Source: a phage
Length of the DNA: 64,000 bases
Sequence record: PZ452609.1
Strand: one strand, 5' to 3'
Of this stretch, positions 26,500-35,419 are shown one piece after another; position 1 is the first letter of the stretch; each line of letters opens with the position of its first letter. Under the pieces are notes generated by a model. It did no database searches, was not told the origin of the DNA, and saw only the letters and a program-made list of their open reading frames with translations. A program made the position numbers and the translations under genes.

Positions 26500-26704
26500 C
26501 TTTCTTCTTCCGTTTACGTGAAGTATCAATTAATGAGTCTATGTTTGTAGCTCTGACCTTTTCACGTTCATCATTAAGATAATCATCAAGAGCCTTTTCA
26601 ATCTGTGAATCATCTTGACAGATGACTGTAAAGACTGTAAAGCCGTCTGTATCGTCAATTATCTTACCATAACCGCTTCTGGGATGTAACTTTTTAAGAG
26701 CCAT
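26492..26704 (-). CDS. hypothetical protein
   Basis: 70 aa ORF. Confidence 0.35.
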   Translation of the reverse strand: MALKKLHPRSGYGKIIDDTDGFTVFTVICQDDSQIEKALDDYLNDEREKVRATNIDSLIDTSRKRKKKDE

Positions 26705-26705
26705 A

Positions 26706-27089
26706 TCAAATACCTGTGCAGCTTCTGTTTTCTAAGAAATACTCAACACCATACATAGCTTTTTGCATCAAATCTTCTTTAAACTGGATACGGTGGTTGA
26801 GCATCGCCTGTACATCAATATCATCATGGTGCTTCTCTTTAATATTTGCAGATTGCAGGAAATACTCTGCAAGAACGCGATATTGATAGTCAGTCACCTT
26901 ATCAGTCATCTCTGTCAAAGACTCTTCAGAAATTGGTTTTAGTAGCTCACCATTAGCTAGAGCAACACCTTTTACAATCTGACAAGTATCCTCTGGGACA
27001 CCTGATAAGTTCACATTTGGCAGTTCTGTTGCATTGACTGGTAAATTCATTGCCATAACCATTGCAGCAGCTAATAAAATCTTTTTCAT
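26706..27089 (-). CDS. secreted/periplasmic protein with cleavable signal peptide
   Basis: N-terminus MKKILLAAAMVMAMNLPVNA-TE is a classic Sec signal peptide; 127 aa, two Cys. Confidence 0.45.
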   Translation of the reverse strand: MKKILLAAAMVMAMNLPVNATELPNVNLSGVPEDTCQIVKGVALANGELLKPISEESLTEMTDKVTDYQYRVLAEYFLQSANIKEKHHDDIDVQAMLNHRIQFKEDLMQKAMYGVEYFLENRSCTGI

Positions 27090-27134
27090 AATGACCTCAA
27101 AGTTATATTAAATTTTGTATTACATTGAGTATAA

Positions 27135-27181
27135 AAATAAGCTATAACACCTGACTTGTCAACAGATTTTATAGCTTATTT
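27135..27181 (-). terminator. 13-bp perfect inverted repeat (aaataagctataa / ttatagcttattt), terminator-like on - strand and operator-like
   Basis: stem 27135-47 / 27169-81, 21-nt loop containing ttgaca on - strand; followed on - strand by U-rich tail. Confidence 0.4.
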
Positions 27182-27205
27182 GGCAGATTTTTTATAAGGC
27201 TACTG

Positions 27206-27270
27206 CCATCCTTCCATACCAAACCCGACCTTACCTCACCTTATCTTACCTTACCCCACCCTACCAGACC
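27206..27270. repeat. tandem pentanucleotide array (NNACC)x13 on + strand, nearly G-free
   Basis: atacc aaacc cgacc ttacc tcacc ttatc ttacc ttacc ccacc ctacc agacc read directly. Confidence 0.8.
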
Positions 27271-27348
27271 TCATTAAAAGACCCTCTTCAAAGACCTTTT
27301 AAAAAGGTAAGTCTCATTTTAATGTAGCTGAGACTAACTACCCATACT

Positions 27349-27428
27349 GTACCGCACCTGACCCGACCTGACCAGACCTAACATTACCGTGCCACACCGT
27401 ACCGAACAGAACACTGCCATACCTCACA
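27349..27428. repeat. second tandem pentanucleotide array (NNACC)x16
   Basis: gtacc gcacc tgacc cgacc tgacc agacc ... acacc gtacc ... atacc; each array followed by a hairpin with conserved loop ACCCTCTT. Confidence 0.75.
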
Positions 27429-27495
27429 TCACTTAAAAACCCTCTTAGAAGACTCTTAAGTGATGCTGGTGAGTACCCGTTGGTTTATGCTGCTC

Positions 27496-27523
27496 AGTAT
27501 ACTCACCAAATTTTCTATGTCAA
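27496..27523 (-). promoter_or_regulatory. near-consensus sigma70 promoter TTGACA-N16-TATACT on - strand
   Basis: - strand reads ttgaca tagaaaatttggtgag tatact; fires leftward into repeat region. Confidence 0.5.
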
Positions 27524-27530
27524 CAACTTT

Positions 27531-27677
27531 TTATATAAAAGTCCTGATAGCTATATGTGTTACAAAACAGAATATTGTGAACAAAACACCCATTGCAAAA
27601 GATGTGTCCAAAAGCTTACTTGCAATGTATGACAATACAAAGACAACCAGTATAAACAGAATGACTGTACTGAACAT
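27531..27677 (-). CDS. small hydrophobic peptide (48 aa, not in ORF track)
   Basis: MFSTVILFILVVFVLSYIASKLL... begins 3 nt after ligase stop; two hydrophobic stretches. Confidence 0.25.
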   Translation of the reverse strand: MFSTVILFILVVFVLSYIASKLLDTSFAMGVLFTIFCFVTHIAIRTFI

Positions 27678-27680
27678 AGT

Positions 27681-28781
27681 TTACTCATAATCCCTAATAA
27701 CTAGCCCTACAGGAAACTGTAAAGAACCCTTACGAGTCATCTTCTGGAACTGAACCGTTAAAGGTTTCCCGATAAACTCATCAGGATGCTCAGCAAGGTA
27801 CTGTTTCTTCTCATGAGTAGTCTTCCATGAGACATCTACAAAGACGTTAGGAAGAGTCTCTACAACGAACTTACCATGACCACGTTTATCAGTCTTTACA
27901 CCAGTCACTTTAAACTCTTCAGTGTGCATCTTCTTGTGCTTAATCAAGAAGTATGAACGGTGACAACACTCATAGAAGGAGTCTTCAGAGATTGAACGGT
28001 ACATTGCACCTTCAAACTTAACTTCAACCCACTTATCATGAGCTTCATCAAATTCTTCCCAAGAGTTTACACGACGAGACTTAACAGGGACAACTTTACA
28101 GCCATCTCCCAAGTCATTCAATGGTGAAGTCTCAATAATATCCCTACGTTCAGGCCACGTCTTAGTGCTATCACAGATGTCATACCAGTAAAACTTAAGA
28201 AGATGTCTGTCTGGGTTGTCTTCATTTTTAATCATGGAGACAATATCTTCTAAGTCCCACCCATGAGCATAAACCTCCCCGTCAAACTCATCAACGTCTG
28301 CATGGAGTCTTAACATAGTCATAATGTCAGGTGTTAGCTCAGTAGGTATTTTATAAACAGTATTCTCACGAGAATAAGCCGTGAAACTAACTGAATCATC
28401 ACCTCTTGAAATTCTACAACGGACACCATCAAGTTTTGGTTGAGCATCAGCAGGGAACTTCAGATACTTTGCATGGCTAACCTTTGCAGCATCATGAGCA
28501 AGCTGTACACCTACCTTCTCAGTATTCTGTGCAGACTCTTTTGTGTAAGCGTAACCTTTACGGTCTACTTGTTTCTTATACTTAGCAGAAACTTCAAAGA
28601 GAGCTTGCTGTTCAGCGTTACGCTCATTCTTTTTACCGATGTTCTTAGGCTCTGCTGTGTACTCTTCAAACATCATCTTGCCATTTTCTTTACCATAGGT
28701 TGTGATAACTTTGTCACCTACAGCAACACATGACCAGACGTTGAAGGAACCATCTTTATTTTGTTTGTACAGAATTGTCAT
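27681..28781 (-). CDS. lig: ATP-dependent DNA ligase
   Basis: motif I KLDGVRC (KxDGxR adenylation site); ~366 aa like T7-type ligases; start 28781 has RBS gaggt. Confidence 0.8.
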   Translation of the reverse strand: MTILYKQNKDGSFNVWSCVAVGDKVITTYGKENGKMMFEEYTAEPKNIGKKNERNAEQQALFEVSAKYKKQVDRKGYAYTKESAQNTEKVGVQLAHDAAKVSHAKYLKFPADAQPKLDGVRCRISRGDDSVSFTAYSRENTVYKIPTELTPDIMTMLRLHADVDEFDGEVYAHGWDLEDIVSMIKNEDNPDRHLLKFYWYDICDSTKTWPERRDIIETSPLNDLGDGCKVVPVKSRRVNSWEEFDEAHDKWVEVKFEGAMYRSISEDSFYECCHRSYFLIKHKKMHTEEFKVTGVKTDKRGHGKFVVETLPNVFVDVSWKTTHEKKQYLAEHPDEFIGKPLTVQFQKMTRKGSLQFPVGLVIRDYE

Positions 28782-28986
28782 TTTTAACCTCTGAGTGATA
28801 CCAAGTGTCACAAGCATTACATGCGTAAAGCTCTAAGTCATTTTTATCTGGTTTATGGAAACAGTTTGACCCACAACGACACCGGAATAACTTACCATCA
28901 ACACGAAGAATGAATGTTTCAAGCTCACCCTCTTCTGTAAGGACGGCGTTATTATATTTGTTATCTTTATCCATTTGTACTCTCAC
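28756..28986 (-). CDS. zinc-finger protein
   Basis: CRCGSNC ... CNAC Cys pairs; 76 aa. Confidence 0.4.
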   Translation of the reverse strand: MRVQMDKDNKYNNAVLTEEGELETFILRVDGKLFRCRCGSNCFHKPDKNDLELYACNACDTWYHSEVKNDNSVQTK

Positions 28987-29130
28987 CTGTGTCAGATTTC
29001 ATATAAGACCTGTCGCTAAACCTTTTAATGAAATGTACAACGCATTTCGGTGTATCTTTTGCATCTTTGATGTGCAACCTTTCGAAACTGCGCACTGTGA
29101 AGGTTGCATCTGTCATTGTTTGCTTAGGTT

Positions 29131-29337
29131 TCATTTTCTCTTACCACCAATCTCTACGTCGATAACTTGAACATCACCAGCAACATCAAACTTATGAATG
29201 ATGCTCTCAACAGTATAAGTCCAACCATCAATGCGAACCAACTCACCTTCTCGTGGGACGATTGGATTACGTTGAGCTATGGTTGTAGTGGAGTGAACAA
29301 CATCATAACGATAGGTATAGTTTACTAATACTTCCAT
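29131..29337 (-). CDS. hypothetical protein (start chosen at 29337)
   Basis: RBS gaggt before ATG 29337; avoids long overlap with lipoprotein gene. Confidence 0.3.
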   Translation of the reverse strand: MEVLVNYTYRYDVVHSTTTIAQRNPIVPREGELVRIDGWTYTVESIIHKFDVAGDVQVIDVEIGGKRK

Positions 29338-29347
29338 CGTGAAAACC

Positions 29348-29605
29348 TCACTCAATAACCGTAGTATGTGATTGACCATTTTTGCCATAGCTATAAGATG
29401 TTGTTGTTTGAGAGTTTGGGCATCTGACAACAACAATATCTCTGCTTATAGCATCACCATTGAGTTTGTAGATTTTGCAGTCTTGCATCTCTGGAGGGAG
29501 GCTGTAAGAAGCATCTTTGTTTTCATAAGATGGGTTGCAGCCAGCCAGAAAAATTACTCCAAGTGCAACCATTGCTTTCACACAACTCTTAACCTTATTG
29601 TTCAC
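29348..29605 (-). CDS. lipoprotein (signal peptidase II substrate)
   Basis: MNNKVKSCVKAMVALGVIFLAGC: positively charged n-region, hydrophobic core, lipobox L-A-G-C; GTG start with RBS gagagg. Confidence 0.55.
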   Translation of the reverse strand: MNNKVKSCVKAMVALGVIFLAGCNPSYENKDASYSLPPEMQDCKIYKLNGDAISRDIVVVRCPNSQTTTSYSYGKNGQSHTTVIE

Positions 29606-29741
29606 GATAGTCTACCTCTCTGTATGTTTTTAAATAGTGAGTGATGAGTTCTGGTAAGTCACTACGTTTAACGTTTGAACGAAGAAGTGTCCAGTCAAAA
29701 CCTTTACCAACCCTTCCCCAGAGACTGTACATTTTCTTCAT
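29595..29741 (-). CDS. small basic protein (48 aa, not in ORF track)
   Basis: ATG overlaps upstream stop as ATGA; RBS ggag 6 nt upstream. Confidence 0.3.
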   Translation of the reverse strand: MKKMYSLWGRVGKGFDWTLLRSNVKRSDLPELITHYLKTYREVDYREQ

Positions 29742-29971
29742 AGCAACTCCAGAATATCAATACGTTCGCCTTTGAGTACTCCAGTACGGTCTTTTGCAAT
29801 CTTACCGTCAACGATAAGGATGTGTGTAGACCTTAAAGCGTCGTTGTTAAAGGTTTTTACGAACTTGCTAGGCATGACTACAATGGACATCTCCTGAATT
29901 AACTCTGGAGTGTAGCAGTTATCATGAAGTTGCTGAATAACGTCTGCAAGTGTCATTTTTGATGTCTCCAA
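29738..29971 (-). CDS. hypothetical protein
   Basis: 77 aa ORF. Confidence 0.35.
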   Translation of the reverse strand: METSKMTLADVIQQLHDNCYTPELIQEMSIVVMPSKFVKTFNNDALRSTHILIVDGKIAKDRTGVLKGERIDILELL

Positions 29972-30162
29972 TATTCAATATCTACAAGTTCTTGTGCAAT
30001 GCTTTTAAGGTTACTTTTAAGGAAAACTTTCTCACCACCAGACAGGGAAGTGTTATCAATGAGTCTACTCATTCTCTCAAACAACTTCTGCTTACGGTTC
30101 TTGATAGTTTCCTTTGAAGCACCTTTCATCATCGCTGCGTGGGTTCTTCCACGATGGCTCAT
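29953..30162 (-). CDS. hypothetical basic protein
   Basis: 69 aa ORF. Confidence 0.35.
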   Translation of the reverse strand: MSHRGRTHAAMMKGASKETIKNRKQKLFERMSRLIDNTSLSGGEKVFLKSNLKSIAQELVDIEYWRHQK

Positions 30163-30223
30163 AAGCCCTCCTATATAAGATATAGTATAAGGTACTCTTC
30201 CATGAGAACCTTGTCAATACTAA

Positions 30224-32933
30224 TTAGTGAACCTCAAGCCAGCTTTTACCAACCTTACCAGTACCTGTAACAAGTGTTTCTTTCTTAAGACCTAAGTTTT
30301 TAGAAGCTTGTCCATAATACCAGTCAGTAACTGCTTTCACTTCTGCCGTCATACTTTCTGGACATTCCCAACTTGTTTCATCGTGATATGCGCAGAGCAA
30401 ACGAGCACCAATAGCTGGTTGACGACCATTCAATTTCATCAAACCTTCGTCAATCATACGACGACAAGCAAGGTTGATTGCCTCATTTTGAATCTGAGCC
30501 TCTGAACCCATCAAAAGGTAGTTCAACAGTTTGTGTGGAGATTTACACCACAACCAAGCTCCAGCAACCTTTACGAAGCCCCCTTTAGAGATTGCAGCGG
30601 TCTTACCAAACACCTCTTCAAGTGCCTTCTTAGTTGCTTTGTAGTCAGCTTCCAAGTTATCTAATAGTTTCTTAATCTTTGGCAAACGCACAAAGTAAGT
30701 CTGTTTAGTTAATGCACCTTCCTGAGTAGTGGCTGCCTTAATAGTTTTAGCAAACTTTTCATCACCTGCACCGAACAGTAGTGCATAGATACCATTCTTA
30801 GCTTTCTTACGACCTTTGCTAATCTCATGAAGAAGATTCTCATCCTGAGTAGCTCGACAAGTCAAGATATCCTGCTCATCATTCAAGCTAAAGTAAATAC
30901 TGTTCAGTGTATGTGCATCAGTCCCTGAATAGACAACGTACAGGTCATTCTCAGAGTCATAGCGAAGGTACTTATCAATTTCTGGGTTTAGGTACTCATC
31001 AAAATGTTTGCAGTAATAGCGTCCATCTTCTTGACGAATAAACTCAATCTCTTCTTTACCTTGCGTTACCGCTTTGGTGAAGTCTTTGTCACCCATAAAG
31101 TTACAAAGGAGAACTAGCTGGGCTGAGTTCATGTCTACAGAGACAACATTAGTACCTTCTTCACAAATCCACACTGCCCTCATTGGTTCCCCATAGACAG
31201 CCGCACCAGACGGTACGTTTACAATACCATATTGTGTCATACGTCCAGTTGAAGTACCAAATACCATTGCACCAGCACTAAGGCGACCATCTGGACGAAT
31301 CTGGTTCAGCCAACCTTTCTCGTCATCCTTTGAGTTCTCAATAGTTCTGCGTCTGTGCATCAAAGTGTAGTACTTAGCAATCTTCTGTCCAAGCTCACCT
31401 TCAATCGTATCATAAGATGATTCAGTAAGTTTTGGTGAAGTACGGATTAAGCAAGGCTCAAGCAAATCTGTGTATTTCTTCACAGACCAGTTATGCTCAA
31501 TGTACTGTACACCTTCATGCTCAACATAGCTCAAACCACACCGCTCAACCATTTCCTGCCACTTAGGATGCTTTGTAATCATCTTTTTATTGTCTTTGAA
31601 ACGACAAACTTTGACAGGGCGACCATCTGAGTCTTTCTTGTAGTTCCAGTCATCTGGAATCCAACCAACTGATTTCAAGTAGTCTTTAACAACTGCTACC
31701 TGAGTCATACGAGAAACTTCAAACTCAATTGGTGTATATGGTGCATCAATCAAACCTGTGTAGCGACTCGACTCAAGCTCAAAGTGGTTAACAACGTGGC
31801 TATTATAGTACTTCACAGTTTTGACTGTTTTTACTGGCTTCCAGTCTTTGCATTTCTTACCAATCTTTGCGTTCAACTCATTGCAAATTGCACGAGCATC
31901 CTTCATTGCTACAAAGCCTTCCTTGTACTCTTCACCAGTTACAGAGTTGGTTGGTGTATAGCAATTTCTCTTTTCAATGTTAAAAATCTTTGTAGTTGGC
32001 TTACCAAATGGCTTGATTTCGTATGTCTGCATCTCACCGTTACGTACCTGTTGACGATACTTTGTTTTAGGGTACTTGGTAATTCTCTTCAGTCCATCTG
32101 CATGACCGAATGTTTCAACATACTCATTCCAAGCTTTTGCAAACTCTTCTCCAGTGACTTTACCTTTGGTCTTAATAGTTGGAGGTAGATGTGGTTCAAC
32201 CTCTGAAGCAAGTTCATTAGTCAATTTGTCAAGCTCCTTTACATGGAACTCCATAAGCTCTTTATCAGCTTTCCAACCATTGATAGCCTGTTGGCTCATC
32301 CAGAAAGATGTCTCTTTAGCTCGCATGTAAGTTTCATAAGTGTCTATACCACACTTCTTAAGCTTGAGATACTCGTTATCAAGTGCCCGTTTAGTTTTGG
32401 CGTTAATACGGATATCTTCTACAACACGAGTGAAGATTTCTGCATTCCACACACCCCAATGCTCAATCTCTGGTTTACGAACACCAACACGAGCACCCCA
32501 TGCAGCCAAACCATGAGCACCTTTATAACCCTTTGGAGTTGGTCTATCCATCCACTGAACACGAGACTGGATAAGAGAGTCCTGAAAGAAATTACTCCAC
32601 GGCTTACATTTTGGATTATCAAAGTTCCATAAATCCGGTGCAATGTGATTGAAAACCCACCAGTCATAACCGAGACCATTATGGATACAAAGTCGTTTTG
32701 CCTTCAACGCAAACTCAATACCTTCACGTAATCCACCCTTGATGTACTTAGTGTACTTGTGACCGAGAATAGGCTCATCAGTAAAGACCCATACTGGTGG
32801 TTCTTCGTCGTCAGATTTGTAGTCTGCAAAAGCCATTACGTGAACTTTAGTGAACTCAAGGAGTAAACCATCAGTTTCTGTATCACCAACCAAATGTAAG
32901 TTTTTAAAATCTACGTTTTCCATTTTTACTCCC
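30224..32933 (-). CDS. DNA polymerase, family A, with 3'-5' exonuclease domain
   Basis: Exo I motif DTETDGL near N-terminus; C-terminal CAYHDE (motif C HDE); start 32933 has RBS gagggag. Confidence 0.85.
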
Positions 32934-32983
32934 TCTAAAATCATTAACCCCATACATTACTGCAAAAAATTATAAAAAGCAAG

Positions 32984-33013
32984 TTGACAATGTACTTGAC
33001 AAGGTGTTAATCT
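32984..33013 (+). promoter_or_regulatory. putative promoter TTGACA-N18-TAATCT in divergent regulatory region
   Basis: A-rich UP-like tract upstream; lies between divergently oriented - and + gene blocks. Confidence 0.3.
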
Positions 33014-33118
33014 TTGCGAAGTGGGTTTTTACTTAAAAGGTTACTTAACAGTTTAACTATACAGATACTTTAAAACTCTTAAAAGATTATTTAATAGCTT
33101 TTAAAAAGCTTTAAAGTA

Positions 33119-33137
33119 TAACGTATAGAATACGTTA
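33119..33137. promoter_or_regulatory. perfect palindrome TAACGTAT-AGA-ATACGTTA (candidate operator)
   Basis: 8-bp arms, 3-bp spacer, ~45 bp upstream of ATG 33181; flanked by three TTACTTAA(A/C)AG repeats. Confidence 0.4.
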
Positions 33138-33180
33138 AGATAAAAGATTAAAACTTAATAGTTACTTAAAAGAGGCTTAC

Positions 33181-33603
33181 ATGCAGAAAATGTTTGTTCA
33201 CCCAGACATAGCTGACTTTGTTAGAGCTTTGCAGAAGTTGGAAGAACTTGACATTGCTGCTCAACGGGAATATGCTCACCATCACAGGAGAATGGTTGAT
33301 ATACAACATGAAATAGAGTTATCAGAAGACTATGAAGATGACTTAAAATGCTCTGTGTTCGAGCATATGAAAGACGTTGCTATAGCTAGACGTAAAGCTA
33401 AAGATACAGTTGCTTTACTAGATTCTCTTAAAAAGAGGTTGCAAAGTGGTACAGACCTGTGTAATCTAGCATCACTGATTAACGATGTTGAAACTTCTTG
33501 GGACAGGCATTACTATCCACGTTCTGAAAAGACACTTGACTTTTCTTCATCTGAAAACTTAAAATGCTCTAGAAAGAAACTTAACCAACTGAGAGAGAAA
33601 TAA
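33181..33603 (+). CDS. hypothetical protein
   Basis: 140 aa ORF, first gene of rightward block. Confidence 0.4.
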   Translation: MQKMFVHPDIADFVRALQKLEELDIAAQREYAHHHRRMVDIQHEIELSEDYEDDLKCSVFEHMKDVAIARRKAKDTVALLDSLKKRLQSGTDLCNLASLINDVETSWDRHYYPRSEKTLDFSSSENLKCSRKKLNQLREK

Positions 33604-33604
33604 T

Positions 33605-34405
33605 ATGAATACTACTGTAGACCAAATGCTTAAAGAAAAAGGTATTGATGAAGCATTTTTAATCAATGCTGTAGAAAGCATGGCTATGATTCTTCGTGGA
33701 AATAACTATACAGAACAGTTTATGCCAAAAAGCTATAACTTGCCTGAAGATAAAACTGATAACGGTGCTTTTGCAGAGCAGGTTAATATGATGTTGTCAG
33801 ATACTACACTTGCCCTTGCATCTATTGCAGTCGGTGTTGATGCGCTTGCAGAGTTCATTTTTTATGAAATGCAAAAGAATGACTATATCAGGATGTCAGA
33901 TGAAGAAAAGGAACTATTGCTGACTAAGGATACTGATTTCCTTATTGACACACTAATCTCATCAACAAGTGCTGTTATGGCAGTTCTTGAGAAGCGCATG
34001 GAAGAGAAACTTTCACGATATGAAAAACTTGATTGGGGCGTAGAAGAGTTAAGCCCACGAATCAAAGAAATTATCCAGCAAACTAAAGAGTCTTTGGAAG
34101 AAGCTGTTGAAAATGACTCTGTAGCTAATATAGAACCTCTTCAGGTGAAAGTTGCACTGATGATTCCAGCTATCTCTACGATGATGAATATCGTTGCACT
34201 AATCCAACTTTCACAGATGATGGGTGTAAGTATTGAGTTCATTGAAGAGATGACTGGTGGCGTTAGTATGCAAGCAATCAATGATGTTTTGGTGAACATC
34301 GGTGCTTCAATCATTGAAGAGAAACTACGCATTAACTTCGGTGATGATTTTGTGAAGCAAATCTCAGCTATGGCTGAAAAAGAGTCTGCTGAGCAACTGC
34401 ACTAA
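33605..34405 (+). CDS. hypothetical acidic protein
   Basis: 266 aa ORF. Confidence 0.4.
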   Translation: MNTTVDQMLKEKGIDEAFLINAVESMAMILRGNNYTEQFMPKSYNLPEDKTDNGAFAEQVNMMLSDTTLALASIAVGVDALAEFIFYEMQKNDYIRMSDEEKELLLTKDTDFLIDTLISSTSAVMAVLEKRMEEKLSRYEKLDWGVEELSPRIKEIIQQTKESLEEAVENDSVANIEPLQVKVALMIPAISTMMNIVALIQLSQMMGVSIEFIEEMTGGVSMQAINDVLVNIGASIIEEKLRINFGDDFVKQISAMAEKESAEQLH

Positions 34406-34422
34406 GTCTTTATAAATCTTAC

Positions 34423-34448
34423 AAGCCTCCTTAGTTGGGGGCTTTTTA
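34423..34448 (+). terminator. intrinsic terminator
   Basis: agccucc-uuaguu-gggggcu stem (one G-U) + TTTTT. Confidence 0.5.
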
Positions 34449-34466
34449 GTAATTAAGGGAGATAAA

Positions 34467-35210
34467 ATGAGTAATATTATCGCATTTACTGGAAAGGCAC
34501 GTTCTGGAAAAGACACCTCATGTTCTATTGTGAAGAACATCTTAGAGGATGAGTACGGCTACAATGTTGCTGTAATGGCCTTTGCAGACAACCTTAAACT
34601 GTCTGCATCAAAGATATTTGACCTGACTTGGAATGACCTGTATGGTGAAACTAAAGAGACTCCACAAGTATTTGACTTATCATATCCTGAACTGATGTTT
34701 AAAGTTACGGAAGCTATGGAGTTCACCTTCAGAGATGAACGTTACCATATGGACTTCAAGCTTATGTCAGAGTTAACCGGACGATTAATCATGGAGCTTA
34801 AGAAGGTTGCTAAACCTACCCTATTAACACGTCTGGGATTTAGTAAAAAGTATAAATTCTCATCAAGACAAATTCAACAGATTTGGGGTACTGAAGTTGT
34901 CCGTAAAGTAATGGGCGACAAGTTCTGGTCTAAAGACCTTGAAAAAAGAATGGTTAGATTCCATGAAATGTGCTCACTTAGAAATCAATATGGTTTTGTC
35001 TTAATCAGTGATTTAAGATTTGACTCTGAAGCTGAATGGCTGAGTAGATTTGCACACCAAACTATTGAAGTAAAAAGAGACAATGTGGACAAGGTTTCAT
35101 CACATGTTTCAGAAAATGGGATTTCTACAAAATATGAGCGTGACATTATTCATAATAATGGTACTCTTGCAGACCTTGAGAACAAGCTAAGAGCCATCAT
35201 TAAAGTTTAA
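34467..35210 (+). CDS. deoxynucleoside monophosphate kinase (T4 gene 1-like)
   Basis: N-terminal IIAFTGKARSGKDT P-loop and C-terminal IHNNGTLADLENKLR resemble T4 dNMP kinase. Confidence 0.7.
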   Translation: MSNIIAFTGKARSGKDTSCSIVKNILEDEYGYNVAVMAFADNLKLSASKIFDLTWNDLYGETKETPQVFDLSYPELMFKVTEAMEFTFRDERYHMDFKLMSELTGRLIMELKKVAKPTLLTRLGFSKKYKFSSRQIQQIWGTEVVRKVMGDKFWSKDLEKRMVRFHEMCSLRNQYGFVLISDLRFDSEAEWLSRFAHQTIEVKRDNVDKVSSHVSENGISTKYERDIIHNNGTLADLENKLRAIIKV

Positions 35211-35218
35211 AAGAGATA

Positions 35219-35419
35219 ATGAAGATGAGAGTAAAAGACAATTTTAAAGTTATTGACCACCGTTTAGTGGAACTCTCATCTCTTTCCAATGAGGTAATGA
35301 TTGAACGTCTTAAGAGAGTTGAATCACGAAGGAAAGAGATTGCAGATGAAATTCATGAACTGGACAAGATTGAAAATGGATTGAAGGCAGAACTACAACG
35401 AAGAGGTGCTAATGTCTAA
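35219..35419 (+). CDS. hypothetical coiled-coil protein
   Basis: 66 aa. Confidence 0.3.
   Translation: MKMRVKDNFKVIDHRLVELSSLSNEVMIERLKRVESRRKEIADEIHELDKIENGLKAELQRRGANV

Larger units (their letters stand above)
27130..27489 (-). ncRNA. candidate noncoding RNA locus (promoter-to-terminator unit on - strand containing GGUNN repeat arrays)
   Basis: bounded by TTGACA-N16-TATACT promoter and inverted-repeat terminator; all three frames full of stops. Confidence 0.3.

Noticed and set aside
27206-27428. Pentamer arrays encoding a repetitive peptide
   Set aside because: 5-nt periodicity is incompatible with codon phase and all frames contain frequent stops on both strands.
27460-27690. 76-aa + strand ORF from the ORF track
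   Set aside because: It lies antisense to a near-consensus - strand promoter and to a small hydrophobic ORF coupled to the ligase gene, has no RBS, and has low-complexity composition; likely spurious.
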